Counted from the first letter of the whole stretch, positions 49,822 through 60,724 are shown. The stretch: DNA of 63,949 bases, filler included, from Thermoplasmatota archaeon (GCA_041623215.1; 3 parts of 3 records of this genome joined end to end with filler, not necessarily neighbours in it), one strand, 5' to 3'. The notes: generated by a model from the sequence alone, not told the origin. Numbers and translations: made by a program.

Positions 49822-50298
49822 TTACACAACCACCAGTGTCCCTTTCATGCCGGCTTCCAGGTGGCCTGGCAGGTAACAGCCGATTTCGTAGTGGCCAGGC
49901 TCCGGTGCCCTGAAAGCGCCGCGCACCGTTTGATTGCTCTCGGCGTGAAGGTGGAAGGCGATGTCCTTGATGGCAAGCTCGTGATCAATGTCCCCAACAT
50001 TGCGAAGAACAAGGCCAATGCGCTGGCCTGCCTCCACCTCGACCCGGCTTGGGTTGAATGCAAATTCATTGGGTTCGCCAGCCGCGATTTCAATCACCAC
50101 ATCCTCCTCGCCCGTCAAAGGCAGCGTGCCTTCATCCGCAACGGTGCCGTGATGATGGGGGGCACCATGGTCGTGGTCGCCATGGTCATGGTCGTCCTCG
50201 GGGGAACCCGCGCATCCTGCCAGCCCAACGAGTAGCGCAACGGCGATGGGCGCTAAGGCCCGCAGAGAAGTGGGTCGCCTGACGAAGCGAACGACCAT
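49822..50298 (-). CDS. Cupredoxin lipoprotein with His-rich linker
   Basis: LAGC, DHDHGDHDHGAPHHH, HEL, CYLPGHLEAGM. Confidence 0.9.
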   Translation of the reverse strand: MVVRFVRRPTSLRALAPIAVALLVGLAGCAGSPEDDHDHGDHDHGAPHHHGTVADEGTLPLTGEEDVVIEIAAGEPNEFAFNPSRVEVEAGQRIGLVLRNVGDIDHELAIKDIAFHLHAESNQTVRGAFRAPEPGHYEIGCYLPGHLEAGMKGTLVVV

Positions 50299-50552
50299 GC
50301 TTACTCATTGGTGCAGCCCCGCTTTAGCTTCTCCGAGCAATATCCCAAGCCGTGCGTGAAACGGGGCCACGGCTCATTTTCGGGGACCGGTTCAAGACAG
50401 CCCACCGCTACGATGGGGCTGGCCGGAATCGCGCGCGACCGTAAGTGCCCAAGGCCCCAATGGCCGACACCCCCCTTGGCCCGAACCCCGAGTCCCTGGC
50501 CCCATGCGGCCGGCCAAGCACAGGTAAATATAGTCCAGAACCAGGGTTCCCC

Positions 50553-52088
50553 ATGGCCGTGCGGCCACTGGAACTGGCAGCCGTCGCGGGGAGCATGTTG
50601 CTTCTTGTGGTTCTCCTGGGCACGCCCCTGCGAGAGGCATATTTCTCCCACGACGACGTGCATGTGGCACTCGTCTCTGTCGCCAATATCGTCTCGGCGG
50701 CGATTGGCGTCGCGGCCATCTACACGTTCCTGCAAACCGGAAAATTCAGAGAGCTTGGCTTGGCCGTCGCCTTCTTGGGCTTCGTAGACATCTACCTCTG
50801 GCACGGCTTCTACACCCATGCCGAGGTCGATTTTCAATGGCTCATCTTTGGCCCGGCAAGCCGCGTAGCATTCGCAGCGGGCCTACTGCTCATGCTGAAA
50901 CCCGGCACCATCCCCAAGCAGCATCGAGTGCCCCTCGCGGGGAGCATCGGCGCAGTCGCCGTGGCGGTTGCAATCGGCGCGTGGCGCGTCGGGCCCGCCA
51001 TTGGCCACTGGGCCGCTTCAGCGGATTCCCAGCAAGTTCAGGCATCGCGCCTCGCAACGGAAGCCCTGGCCGTCTTGCTCATTGCAACGGCGTGGATTCT
51101 CATGCGACGGCAACCATGGGCCAACCCATTATTCAGCGCCGGCATCGTTGTTGTCGTCTTCCAGTCAATCTTCTTCCTGGCGGGCTTACCATGGACCGGC
51201 GTTTGGTGGGCGGCGCACGGCTTGGGCGCGGTGGGAACCGCAACCTTGGCCGGCGGTGTGCTGGTAGTTGCCCGCCAGGCCGAGCGCGAGGCAACCGAAG
51301 ATCGATTGGCGCACGAAGCGCGAATTCGACAGGCATTCATCAACCATGCTTCACACGCCATCGCCACGCCATTGACAATCATCCGCCTCAACGTGGATGC
51401 CCTGCGAGCTTCGGCCCCCGACGCGCGCACGAGAAAGTCCCTGGACGCCCTTGACCGCGCAACCAAACGTTTGACGTCGGTGGCATCCCAGTTACAGGAA
51501 GCAGCACATACCACGAGCGACGTGGAGGTAAATATCCAGGAATGCCGCGTGGCGAAGATCATCGACGAAGTCGCAGCAGAGTATGCCAAACGTCGGCCCG
51601 ACCACGTTGTAAACGTCGAGCACCCCGGAATCGCCCTGCAAGCCGAGGCCGACCCCGAACTCCTGCGAGACGTGCTGCTGCGGCTAGCAAGCAATGCATT
51701 TCACGCAGGCCCAGGCCACGCCACCATCGGTGCTGCAAAGGACGGGCGGCGCGTCAAGATTTGGATTGCAGACCGAGGACCCGGCATCGGCACGGCCGAG
51801 CCAGACTTGGTGTTCCTGCCCTTCTCCAAGTACTCCCACGAGTCCGACGCTGGAATCGCCCTCGCTTGGTGCAAACGTGCCACGATGGCCATGGGTGGGA
51901 CCTTGACCGTGCAAAACCGCGACGGCGGCGGCGCAGTCTTCACCATCAGCTTGCCGAGTCGCGCCGTGCGGCCCGGACGGCCGCCGCGCAAACGGAGCCG
52001 CGCCGCAGCAGTGGCAGCCGAGCACCCATCCCCAAGGGCTGACGCCCCCGAAGCAACTCCAGAGCCTTCCCACCCGGCCCGGCGCTGA
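50553..52088 (+). CDS. Membrane sensor histidine kinase (MASE3-like input domain)
   Basis: About 7-8 TMs, H-box SHAIATPL, N-box SNA, DRGPGI, F-box, GGAVFTI. Confidence 0.85.
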   Translation: MAVRPLELAAVAGSMLLLVVLLGTPLREAYFSHDDVHVALVSVANIVSAAIGVAAIYTFLQTGKFRELGLAVAFLGFVDIYLWHGFYTHAEVDFQWLIFGPASRVAFAAGLLLMLKPGTIPKQHRVPLAGSIGAVAVAVAIGAWRVGPAIGHWAASADSQQVQASRLATEALAVLLIATAWILMRRQPWANPLFSAGIVVVVFQSIFFLAGLPWTGVWWAAHGLGAVGTATLAGGVLVVARQAEREATEDRLAHEARIRQAFINHASHAIATPLTIIRLNVDALRASAPDARTRKSLDALDRATKRLTSVASQLQEAAHTTSDVEVNIQECRVAKIIDEVAAEYAKRRPDHVVNVEHPGIALQAEADPELLRDVLLRLASNAFHAGPGHATIGAAKDGRRVKIWIADRGPGIGTAEPDLVFLPFSKYSHESDAGIALAWCKRATMAMGGTLTVQNRDGGGAVFTISLPSRAVRPGRPPRKRSRAAAVAAEHPSPRADAPEATPEPSHPARR

Positions 52089-52388
52089 CGTCAGCGGGAC
52101 CCTGACGACCGTCGAGGGCCCGGTTTTCGACGCGGGCACCGGTTCCTGGCTGGCTGCAGCGCACCCACCTCAGGCGACATCACGGTGCCATGCATCGTCC
52201 CGGGGTGCGCGCGACGCGGCGATGCGCTTGGCTCGAACGGGCGCGGTTCTGTGCGGCAGCAACGGCCCACCATACGCAAGACTTCGGCGGCCAAGCCTAG
52301 GTGGCCAAGCTGCGGCGCGGCGGCCCCGAAGCATGGATGCGCCGACCCAGTCACACTTATTTCCCTACACCACAAAGCGCCCGCTGTC

Positions 52389-52994
52389 GTGCCCGAGCTT
52401 ACCTTTGCCCACCCAACGTCGACGCCGGCCAACCCGGCGACCCTGGCACGTCTGTGGCGCGAATTCCGGAGCGCGCTTGCGGAACAAGGAATGGCCTCGA
52501 TGGACGAATACGGCGACATGCTGAGTTGGTCGGTGCCCAAGGCGGACGGCGCGTGCCGGACGTTTCATGTCTTTCACCCGGATTGGTGTTCCTTTTCGGA
52601 CGCTTTCAAAGGGACCGTGCATTACCATGGGGGTTGGATTCGAGGCACCTTGTTGGCCGGACACATCCTCCACGATACGTACCAAGCGACCCGCGATTCG
52701 CAGGGAGACCGCCAATGGGGCGCCGACCGTTACACCCTCGCCCGTCACACGTCCGAGCACAGCCAGGGCGACGTGTATCATTTGGAAGCCTTCGTGCCGC
52801 ATTGGATTCGCCCTACGTCCTTGACCGTCACCCACTTCGAGGAGGAGGACAACGGCGAGATGGGCGACCTGCTGGAACCCATCAGCGCCGGCCACGATGA
52901 GCATCGTTGGGAGCAAGCGGACGCCGAAGCGCTCCTACCCGTGCTCATGCAGATGTGCGATGCCCGGCTGGCCGCGCTCCAGGTAATTGCCTGA
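52389..52994 (+). CDS. Cupin-like hypothetical protein
   Basis: VHYH...LLAG...Y.L....PHWI resembles cupin metal motifs; start uncertain. Confidence 0.6.
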   Translation: MPELTFAHPTSTPANPATLARLWREFRSALAEQGMASMDEYGDMLSWSVPKADGACRTFHVFHPDWCSFSDAFKGTVHYHGGWIRGTLLAGHILHDTYQATRDSQGDRQWGADRYTLARHTSEHSQGDVYHLEAFVPHWIRPTSLTVTHFEEEDNGEMGDLLEPISAGHDEHRWEQADAEALLPVLMQMCDARLAALQVIA

Positions 52995-53079
52995 CGCAAC
53001 TCCAGCCGTAGTCCGCACCCCCCGGCTTGGCGTCGCCACCGACGGCCGACCTTTTCCGCAGGCAAGAGCTTGTCCGGGC

Positions 53080-53505
53080 ATGGATGAGACGATGGTGCGA
53101 GCCAGTTTCGAGGCCCAAGGCGCGATGCGCTTGATTGGAGCCACGATGGATGAGGCGGCCAGCGGCCGGGCCGTTCTTTCCATGCCCTTCCGCAACGACT
53201 TGGCTCAGCAAGACGGCTTCTTTCACGCCGGCATTCTTACCACGCTGGCTGACTCTGCCGGCGGCTATGCCGCCTATTCGATGATGCCCGACGGCGCACG
53301 CGTGCTGGCCGTGGAGTTCAAGGTCAACTTTGTGCGCCCTGCCCAAGGCGACCGCGCCATCGCGACGGGCACAGTTGTCAAGGCGGGGCGAACGCTCACC
53401 GTTTGTGACTTGGAGGTCCACGTCCAACAGGGGGACACCCGGGTCCTGGTGGCAAAAGGGCTGCAGACCTGCATGTGCCTGCCAGGCGCGGCCACTCCTG
53501 CATAG
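53080..53505 (+). CDS. PaaI-family thioesterase
   Basis: QQDGFFHAG...DSAGGYA, EFKVNFVRPA, KAGRTL. Confidence 0.92.
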   Translation: MDETMVRASFEAQGAMRLIGATMDEAASGRAVLSMPFRNDLAQQDGFFHAGILTTLADSAGGYAAYSMMPDGARVLAVEFKVNFVRPAQGDRAIATGTVVKAGRTLTVCDLEVHVQQGDTRVLVAKGLQTCMCLPGAATPA

Positions 53506-53537
53506 TCAACTGCCAGCACGCCAGGGCGGTCGAACGC

Positions 53538-53804
53538 TTACCAGCCCGCTTTGGCTTCCAAGGCCTGCCAATCGGTGGCCTCGATGAAGGCCGTGACATC
53601 CCCATCCTCGGCAGCTTCAATGAAGGCAAAGGCCGCCCGGGCATTGGTTCCCAAGAGGTCCAGCATGGCGAGGCTCAGGCCCGTTGCACGCGCATGGTGT
53701 TCCAGAAGGCGAAGCACATTGTGATCCACATCGCCGTCGTACTCCAGCATAAGCGGCGGGTCGGCATGGGGGATGGAAGGGCGAGGCGGCCGGCGAGCGG
53801 GCAT
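53538..53804 (-). CDS. Small hypothetical protein
   Basis: Protein-like helical ORF; start uncertain. Confidence 0.4.
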   Translation of the reverse strand: MPARRPPRPSIPHADPPLMLEYDGDVDHNVLRLLEHHARATGLSLAMLDLLGTNARAAFAFIEAAEDGDVTAFIEATDWQALEAKAGW

Positions 53805-53917
53805 CAACTGAGTTTGGCCGTCTTCGGCTACTAATAGTCGTGGGCACAGGGATGGAAGGTTGCACCCCCCGCCGGCCCCAAGGGAGCTTTGCCAGCCGGG
53901 CAGAAGCGGACTGCCCG

Positions 53918-54457
53918 TCAAGCCGCAGCGAACTCAGCGTGAACAATGACGCTGTCCCGCACGGCCTCGTACGGCACCAGCAGGATTTCGTAGGCACCGA
54001 CCTCTAGGTTTGCCGTCAGCGACGCTGCTGCGGCACCCGGATTGTGGCTAGCGTCTTGCGCCACGATTTCGCCGTCCCGTAGCAGGTACAGATCAAAGTC
54101 GCTCAGCGCCGTCCTCCACGTCAAATCCACGGCGGCAATGAGGGCGCGCTCCACTTGGACCGGAATGGCCACGCACCAATCGCTGAATTGGCAGCGGCCC
54201 TCCACCACCTCACCAAAGCCATCCACAGCACCCAGGAATTGGTACTCACGAACAATCTCTTCCGGGACCGGTGGCTCTGGCTCGGCCGGCGCGGGGGCCC
54301 GTTGCTCCCCCTCGTTAGCCGGAGGCTGGTCGGCACCGGGACGAGGGGCACCGACAGGCTCGGCCATCGACTCTTCGCCATCCAAGGAGCCATCATCGTT
54401 CAAGCAGCCGGCCGTGGCCAGCATTAGGACCACGCCAAGAGCAACAAGCAGTCGCAT
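53918..54457 (-). CDS. Hypothetical lipoprotein (PPC-like C-terminal beta domain)
   Basis: TAGC lipobox; DFDLYL...G.Y.I. Confidence 0.75.
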   Translation of the reverse strand: MRLLVALGVVLMLATAGCLNDDGSLDGEESMAEPVGAPRPGADQPPANEGEQRAPAPAEPEPPVPEEIVREYQFLGAVDGFGEVVEGRCQFSDWCVAIPVQVERALIAAVDLTWRTALSDFDLYLLRDGEIVAQDASHNPGAAAASLTANLEVGAYEILLVPYEAVRDSVIVHAEFAAA

Positions 54458-54511
54458 ACAGGATTACGATTTGTCCTGCATTATAGCTTCAATGGACGCG
54501 TAGTTCGACCA

Positions 54512-57163
54512 TTAGGCTTTGGCGCGCTTGACTGCGGTCAACGGTTTTTCCTTCTTGGCCGCGACCTTGGTGTCTGCGCCCTTGGCCAGCACCTTGTAGA
54601 AGACGGGAATCACCATCATGGTTGCCGTGAAGATGATGCCAATGGCAACCGTTGTGGCAACCATGGTCCGACTGACGGCCACGTTCTGAATCATGGTGAA
54701 AACGGCAAACGCACCGGCGGTCGTAATGGCCGAGAACAGAATTGCCTTGCCCGTGGTTTCGAAGACTTGGCGTGCGCTAGGCGTTTGCTTCATGCTCCAG
54801 ATAATGTGGACTGCATAATCGGTCCCGATGTTGAAGATAAACACTAGCGGCAGCATCAGCGTAATGGCTAGACCAATGCCCATGCTTGGCAGGATGCCGA
54901 GCCACCAGATGCTGGTGATGCCAGCCAGGCCGGTTGCAACGACAGCCGCCTTCAGGTCGTTGGTAAACACCAGGACCAAGATGAACAGGATGATGGTCGC
55001 CGTGATGCTCATGTAGTTGAGCCACGGCAACTGCTCGTCCACAAACAGGTAGTTGGTTGCCGTGTTGCCGACGAACGCCACGTAGACGCCCTCCGGCGGG
55101 CTGCCTCCAAACTCACGGTTGGCCTCCTCAATGGCCTCCCACACCTGGAACCACACCTCTTCCGCTTCGTCGTAGGTGAATGCTTGGACGCTGAAGGTCA
55201 TGGCCGCCATGTCCATAGCGGGGTAGTTGATGGCGATGGACGCCAACTCTTGCATGGGAGAGTCGAAGACCTGCCGCACCTCTTCGCGCAGCGCCTCGGC
55301 CGTGGCGGGGAATGCCATTTGGTCGCTGCACGGTCCGGGGCTGCCGGCATAGCCGCCTAGCAGCGGGTCCAGTTCGCCGGGTAGGCGTTGTCCGGCCAAA
55401 TTGAGTCCGGCACACTCGGGCCCACCCTTGACGGTGAGCCATGTTTCGACAAACCAGGGAAGCGTCCGCAATGTGTCCTGAATGACACGGTCCTTCGTCT
55501 TGAGATTGGCCTCAATGACACGCATGTATTCGATGGCATCAGGCTCCAAGATGCCTGGGCCCTCAAACGTCAGGATGTTGGCCTTGACGTCGGGGTCGTC
55601 CATTTCGTAGAAGTACTTCAGCCCCTGTTCGTGCTCCCGTCGTACGGGGTCATCCTCAGGGAAGTTCTTGCCGGGGTCACCAAACGCCTCTTCATCCAAG
55701 TCGAGGCTCGCCATGTAGGCGCCGAAGGTCAACAAGCCGACGAGGGGAAGTACCAGCCAGCGGGTTTTGGTGACGCCGCGGGCCAGCCACGGCATGCTGG
55801 TGCTAGGTTGGAAGCTAGCACCCATTTTGTCCGTGCCGCCGACCAGCGTCAGGGCCGCAGGAATGAAGGTGATGGTTAGCACGTAGATCGCGATGATGGC
55901 GACCGCCGACAAGAAGCCAAGTTGCGCCATGAGCAGACTTGGCGAAATCATCATGACGATGAGACCCAGGGATGTCGTCAAGGTTGCAATCAGCATGGCA
56001 AGTCCGGCGCGGTGCCCGGCCCCTTGCAGCGCTTCATCGTCCGATTGGCCATGCGCCTTGTGCTCCAGAAACTCATTGATCATGTGAATGGCATAATCAA
56101 TGCCCACCCCCATAATGAGGGGCACAATCGTCATGTTGAGCGTGTTCAGGGCGATGCCCATGTAGCCCATGGTTCCATAGGTCCAGGTCACGCCGACTCC
56201 GAGCGCCGTGAAGGAAATGACAATGGAGCGAACATTGCGGAAGGCCACCCACAGGAAGACAATGATGAAGGCCGCAATGATGGGCATGAGCTTCACCATG
56301 TCCTCTTCGACCAGCCGGCTTGAGTGACTGTTGGCGACTGGAAGGTCCACCGTCAGAAGCGGGGGATTCCAGGGGCCAAACACAGTCCACTCGGTCTCAC
56401 CTGCTTCCACTGCGGCCAAGTAATCGTCGCGGGCCTGAAGAATCGAGTCTCCGAGGTCACGAATGTTCGCGTCGTTGTCCGCGGCCGGCATGAAGAGCAT
56501 GGCGCCATGGTTCCAGCTGGGGCTGGAGATGGCATCCACGCTTGACAAAACCGCAGCTTTGGTCGCTTGGTCAACCGCAACATAGTCTTGTGCGCCCTGG
56601 GGGGTCGTGTAAGTTGGCAGGCCGAAGGACTCTGGAGGGGCGTCGCCGTAGCCACCGGCGATGGTCCAGTTGATGAGAGAGTAGATGCCGGAGTGGCTAA
56701 TGACGCGGTCGAAGTCGGTGCGGTCCTGGATGTAGCGCTTCAGCTCGTCCATGGCACGAATATACACTTCGTCCGTGATGTTCTGGCTGTTGGCTTGGAT
56801 TTGATGCGGGCCATCAGGAGAGCCTGTATTTCCTTGGTCGTCGTAATAGCCTGAAGCACGATACTGTAACTTGGCGTTGTCTGCCCGCCAATATTGCCCC
56901 GACTCATCGACGTGCATCTGGAACGTCACTTGCTGCGTGAAGGTAGAGCGGAACCGGTCCGTCAGATTATACGCAGCCTCCGTGTTGGGGTTGCCTCGGG
57001 GCAACACGTCGGCGACGTCCACGTTGGTGGTGATGAGTGTCACGCCATACCCTGCGGCAAGCGTCATGGCAAGCACGACGGCCACCACTGCCTTGGCGTG
57101 GTGGCTACTCCACAGACTGACGTTTCCGATGCCCTTTGCGACCAGCTCGTGGAGTTTCGCCAT
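54512..57163 (-). CDS. RND/MMPL-family transporter
   Basis: Two-fold repeat of TM, large loop and 5 TM; GVGIDYAIH and NIGTDYAVH. Confidence 0.9.
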   Translation of the reverse strand: MAKLHELVAKGIGNVSLWSSHHAKAVVAVVLAMTLAAGYGVTLITTNVDVADVLPRGNPNTEAAYNLTDRFRSTFTQQVTFQMHVDESGQYWRADNAKLQYRASGYYDDQGNTGSPDGPHQIQANSQNITDEVYIRAMDELKRYIQDRTDFDRVISHSGIYSLINWTIAGGYGDAPPESFGLPTYTTPQGAQDYVAVDQATKAAVLSSVDAISSPSWNHGAMLFMPAADNDANIRDLGDSILQARDDYLAAVEAGETEWTVFGPWNPPLLTVDLPVANSHSSRLVEEDMVKLMPIIAAFIIVFLWVAFRNVRSIVISFTALGVGVTWTYGTMGYMGIALNTLNMTIVPLIMGVGIDYAIHMINEFLEHKAHGQSDDEALQGAGHRAGLAMLIATLTTSLGLIVMMISPSLLMAQLGFLSAVAIIAIYVLTITFIPAALTLVGGTDKMGASFQPSTSMPWLARGVTKTRWLVLPLVGLLTFGAYMASLDLDEEAFGDPGKNFPEDDPVRREHEQGLKYFYEMDDPDVKANILTFEGPGILEPDAIEYMRVIEANLKTKDRVIQDTLRTLPWFVETWLTVKGGPECAGLNLAGQRLPGELDPLLGGYAGSPGPCSDQMAFPATAEALREEVRQVFDSPMQELASIAINYPAMDMAAMTFSVQAFTYDEAEEVWFQVWEAIEEANREFGGSPPEGVYVAFVGNTATNYLFVDEQLPWLNYMSITATIILFILVLVFTNDLKAAVVATGLAGITSIWWLGILPSMGIGLAITLMLPLVFIFNIGTDYAVHIIWSMKQTPSARQVFETTGKAILFSAITTAGAFAVFTMIQNVAVSRTMVATTVAIGIIFTATMMVIPVFYKVLAKGADTKVAAKKEKPLTAVKRAKA

Positions 57164-57254
57164 ACCGACCAGGGCGGCCACCAGGGTTCAGGTAAAAACG
57201 ACTTGCGTCCGCCCCCCGTCCGCCCCGCTCGCCATCAGCACGGCGACATGGCAC

Positions 57255-59174
57255 CTACGACGAGTTGTCGAGGTCGAGGTACGTCCGTGCCTCGAGCAGG
57301 TCGAGGTAGGTCGCTTGAACCCGGGCCGCCTCGTCCTTGGTGAGCCTGCCCGCAGCGGCGAGGCGCTTGACGCGCCGCCGGATTCGGTCGCGAAGGTCCG
57401 CACGTTCGTAGCGAACCCATGCCAGCATGTCGCTGACCTTGCTTCCCTGGACGGTTTTGGTTACCCGCCAGCCTCCAGGAGCACTGTCATCCGCCTCCAC
57501 CCACGCCTCGTCGGTTTCGCCAAACAGGTTGTGGTAATCACCGAGGCTATCCTGGTAGGCCCCGACCAACATGGCTGCCAGATAATAGGGCTCCCCACGT
57601 CGCAAGGAATGCACCGGCAGGTCGGGCGCCGTCGCCTGATGATGAATGAAGCGGCGCAGTTCGCCATCCGAGTCACAAGTAATGTCCGCTAACGTAGCGG
57701 TTTCGCGGGGAACTTCTCGAAGTCGGTGAATGGGCAGCACGGGAAATTGCTGCTTTACTCCCCAGGCATCCGGCATCGACTGAAACACACTGAAGTTGCC
57801 CACCAGCTTCTGGCGAAGCAGACGCGTCGCATGTTCGTATTCCTCCGCCTCACGCTCGTCCTCCTGTTCCAAGAGACTTCGAACGCGATGCAAGACGTCG
57901 CGGAACAATGCCTCGCTCCTGCCTAGGCGCGGCAGGTCCAGGTGGCCAAGGTCAAACAGCGAGTGCAAGTCATCACGGTGAGCAATGGCATCGTGGAATG
58001 CTTCAAACACGGTTTTGGCCGTTAGTGATTCCCGCAGGGCGTAGAGATTCTGCAACTGCACCGGGTCATCCGCCTCGGGGGGACCAACGACTGGCAAGGC
58101 GATGCCGGGCACCCGCCGCAGCACATTGACAACGAGTGCCGCATGGTGTGCAACGACTGAGCGCCCGGATTCGCTGATGAGATTGGGCACATTGATGGCA
58201 GCGGCATCACACACTTCCTTGACCGTAGCGACAATGGTGTTGGCATACTCTTCCATGGTGTAATTGGCCGAGTTGGGGCCGCTGCTTCCCGAGCCGTCGT
58301 AGTCCACGGCAAGGCCCCCGCCCACGTCGAGGTACTGGAGCGGGACCCCGAGGCGGACCAATTCGGCATGCATGCGCGCCGCTTCTCGGGTGCCGTCTGC
58401 GATGCGGCGAATGTCGCTGATTTGCGAGCCAATGTGGTAGTGGAGCATGACCAGCTTGTCCAGGTGGCCGGCCTTTGTGAGCACCTCAATGGCGTGCAGG
58501 ACTTCTGGAATCGTCAGGCCAAACTTGCTCCCCATGCCGCCTGAGAGGGCCCATTTGCCGGGGGCTTTGGCACGCAGCTTGAGCCGGAGGCCAAGCTTGG
58601 GCGGATTAGGCACATCGAGACGTGGCAGGACCTGGGGCAACTCGCCAATTTCGTCAATGACGATGATGGCCGTGTCCTTGAACGCGGTCGCCTGGCAGGC
58701 CGCATCAAGATAGGAACTATCCTTGAAGCCGTTGACCACCAGCAGGCTGCGCCGGCTCGGGTCCATGGTCAGCGCCGCGAGCAGTTCGGCCTTGCTGCCA
58801 ACTTCGAGGCCGTAGCGCCACTTGCGCCCCGCCTTGGCCAGCGTTTGTACCACCACCTTGTGCTGGTTGACCTTGACGGGGAAGACTCCCTGGTACTGGG
58901 TGTCGCCGCACTCGTTGTCACGAAGCGCCGTCGCAAAGGCTGCGTTCAGTCGTTCGACGCGGCCGGCTAACATCTGCGGGAAGCGTACGACGACCGGCGG
59001 GGCAATGCCCTGTTGTTGCAGCGCCTCCGTCACCTGCAGAAGGTCGATGGCAGGACTGCCCGGCCCAAGCGGCGTCGCAACGAGACGCCCCTCGTCGTTA
59101 ACGTCGAAGAAGCCATCGCTCCAGCCCGACACATGATAGAGGTCGCGCGCTGCACGAGCCGACTGCCTTGCCAC
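57255..59174 (-). CDS. speA: Biosynthetic PLP-dependent arginine decarboxylase
   Basis: FPVKVNQ, GLEVGSKAEL, HYHIGSQI, DVGGGLAVDYDG, NFSVFQS.PD.W, DITCDSDG. Confidence 0.95.
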   Translation of the reverse strand: MARQSARAARDLYHVSGWSDGFFDVNDEGRLVATPLGPGSPAIDLLQVTEALQQQGIAPPVVVRFPQMLAGRVERLNAAFATALRDNECGDTQYQGVFPVKVNQHKVVVQTLAKAGRKWRYGLEVGSKAELLAALTMDPSRRSLLVVNGFKDSSYLDAACQATAFKDTAIIVIDEIGELPQVLPRLDVPNPPKLGLRLKLRAKAPGKWALSGGMGSKFGLTIPEVLHAIEVLTKAGHLDKLVMLHYHIGSQISDIRRIADGTREAARMHAELVRLGVPLQYLDVGGGLAVDYDGSGSSGPNSANYTMEEYANTIVATVKEVCDAAAINVPNLISESGRSVVAHHAALVVNVLRRVPGIALPVVGPPEADDPVQLQNLYALRESLTAKTVFEAFHDAIAHRDDLHSLFDLGHLDLPRLGRSEALFRDVLHRVRSLLEQEDEREAEEYEHATRLLRQKLVGNFSVFQSMPDAWGVKQQFPVLPIHRLREVPRETATLADITCDSDGELRRFIHHQATAPDLPVHSLRRGEPYYLAAMLVGAYQDSLGDYHNLFGETDEAWVEADDSAPGGWRVTKTVQGSKVSDMLAWVRYERADLRDRIRRRVKRLAAAGRLTKDEAARVQATYLDLLEARTYLDLDNSS

Positions 59175-59198
59175 GCCGCCGCCAGCCGCCCGGCCATC

Positions 59199-60122
59199 TT
59201 AAAGCAGCAACCGAAGGGCACCGGGCAAGACCTCGATGGTAGCCGGCGTCGAGCCATACACTTCGCCGTCGCCCAGGAGCGCTCCCCCACCTGCATCCGT
59301 GCCCCCATTCGGCTCGATGTGCACATGCCGAGCACGCCAGGTCAATACGCGTGGATCTTGCACATGCGTCCCACTGAAGATTTTGGGAAAAAGGCGCAGC
59401 AAGCCGACGCGGCTGATGCGGCCAAGTGCCATCACGTCGAGTAGTCCGTCATCCTGTTGAGCATCCGGCGCGATCGCCATGGCGCCGCCGGTGTGGACAG
59501 AGTTGCACACGGCAATCATGGTGTAGTCGCCCGATCGGTCTTCGCCATCCGTGATGAGCTTGGTCGGCGTCGGCCGCAACCGCATCAGGACGGGGAAGAC
59601 CGCGGCCGTGTACGCCTGCTTGCCCATCCACTTCAGGCGCTCATTGGCGTAGTTGCACACGTCCGCCACAAATCCCGTACCAAACACATTGATGGAATGC
59701 CGTGTGGCCTGCTCGCCATCAACCGGGTCTGGCCGGCCGTAGCGGATGCGTGCCGCATCAATACGACGCTCGCGACCTTTGGCAATTCGCGCCACCGCCA
59801 CGGCCAGCGGCTCCATACCAAAATCCCGAAGGAAATCGTTGCCCGTGCCGGCCGGAAGAAAGCCAAGTTGGACTTTGTCGCCGAGGCCCGCAGACAGGAT
59901 TCCATCGGCCGCCTCCGACAAGGTCCCGTCGCCGCCAAGGACGAACACTTTGTTATGGCGCCGTGCGGCGTCAGCCGCCAATCGGCCGGCGTGCCCCGGC
60001 GCGGTTGTGGGAACCAAATCCACCTCAATGCCGCGCGTGACAAAGAGGTCCCGCGCCGTCAGCGCCCTTGCTTCACCTTTCCCGTCGCCGCTGGCGGGAT
60101 TGTAAATGAGGGGGACGGCCAC
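59199..60122 (-). CDS. Diacylglycerol kinase family lipid kinase (YegS/BmrU-like)
   Basis: NPASG, GGDGT, PAGTGNDF, DDGLLD, DGE; start taken as GTG 60122. Confidence 0.92.
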   Translation of the reverse strand: MAVPLIYNPASGDGKGEARALTARDLFVTRGIEVDLVPTTAPGHAGRLAADAARRHNKVFVLGGDGTLSEAADGILSAGLGDKVQLGFLPAGTGNDFLRDFGMEPLAVAVARIAKGRERRIDAARIRYGRPDPVDGEQATRHSINVFGTGFVADVCNYANERLKWMGKQAYTAAVFPVLMRLRPTPTKLITDGEDRSGDYTMIAVCNSVHTGGAMAIAPDAQQDDGLLDVMALGRISRVGLLRLFPKIFSGTHVQDPRVLTWRARHVHIEPNGGTDAGGGALLGDGEVYGSTPATIEVLPGALRLLL

Positions 60123-60352
60123 ACAGGAACAAGGGCTGGCCGGCTGAAAACGGCTCGCCTCGCCCGATCGCATGGATGCCAAGCAGGGTTGCCGGGCTCG
60201 TTCAACCGCGGGCTTCGTCGCGGTCTTCAGCCATCCATTGATCAACCCACGCCCAGATTTGGGTCCACGCAGGCGTCGGCATCTTGGCCGAGGCGAGTAG
60301 CGGCCGGAGCACGCCACCCGCCACTTCGCTCTGTAGGGCGCGTAGCCGCCAA

Positions 60353-60569
60353 TTACCGGCGCTTCAGGCTCAACGTCAACGTGAAGGTCGCAACTGGCTC
60401 CGCTCCCTCGGACGGCACGGTGCACGTAATGGGCACGGGAATGTTGACGCGTTCGCCGGAAGCAGCGGCCTCTTTGACGGCGGCTGCAACCGCTGCGCCT
60501 TGGTCACTGACAAAGTGCACGTCGCCGTCGGGTCGGCGCAGGAAGTCGCCCTGCACGTCCTTGAAGACA
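60353..60569 (-). CDS. Hotdog-fold (DUF4442-like) protein, 3' fragment cut by the gap
   Basis: VFKDVQGDFLRRPDGDVHF...VATFTLTLSLK. Confidence 0.6.
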
Positions 60570-60669
60570 NNNNNNNNNNNNNNNNNNNNNNNNNNNNNNN
60601 NNNNNNNNNNNNNTTAATTAATTAANNNNNNNNNNNNNNNNNNNNNNNNNNNNNNNNNNNNNNNNNNNN
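60570..60669. other. Artificial contig linker
   Basis: Ns flanking TTAATTAATTAA. Confidence 0.98.
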
Positions 60670-60724
60670 CCGCGCCGCCGCGCCGCCACACAAGCGATAA
60701 AAACTGCGAGCGGGATGCTATGGC

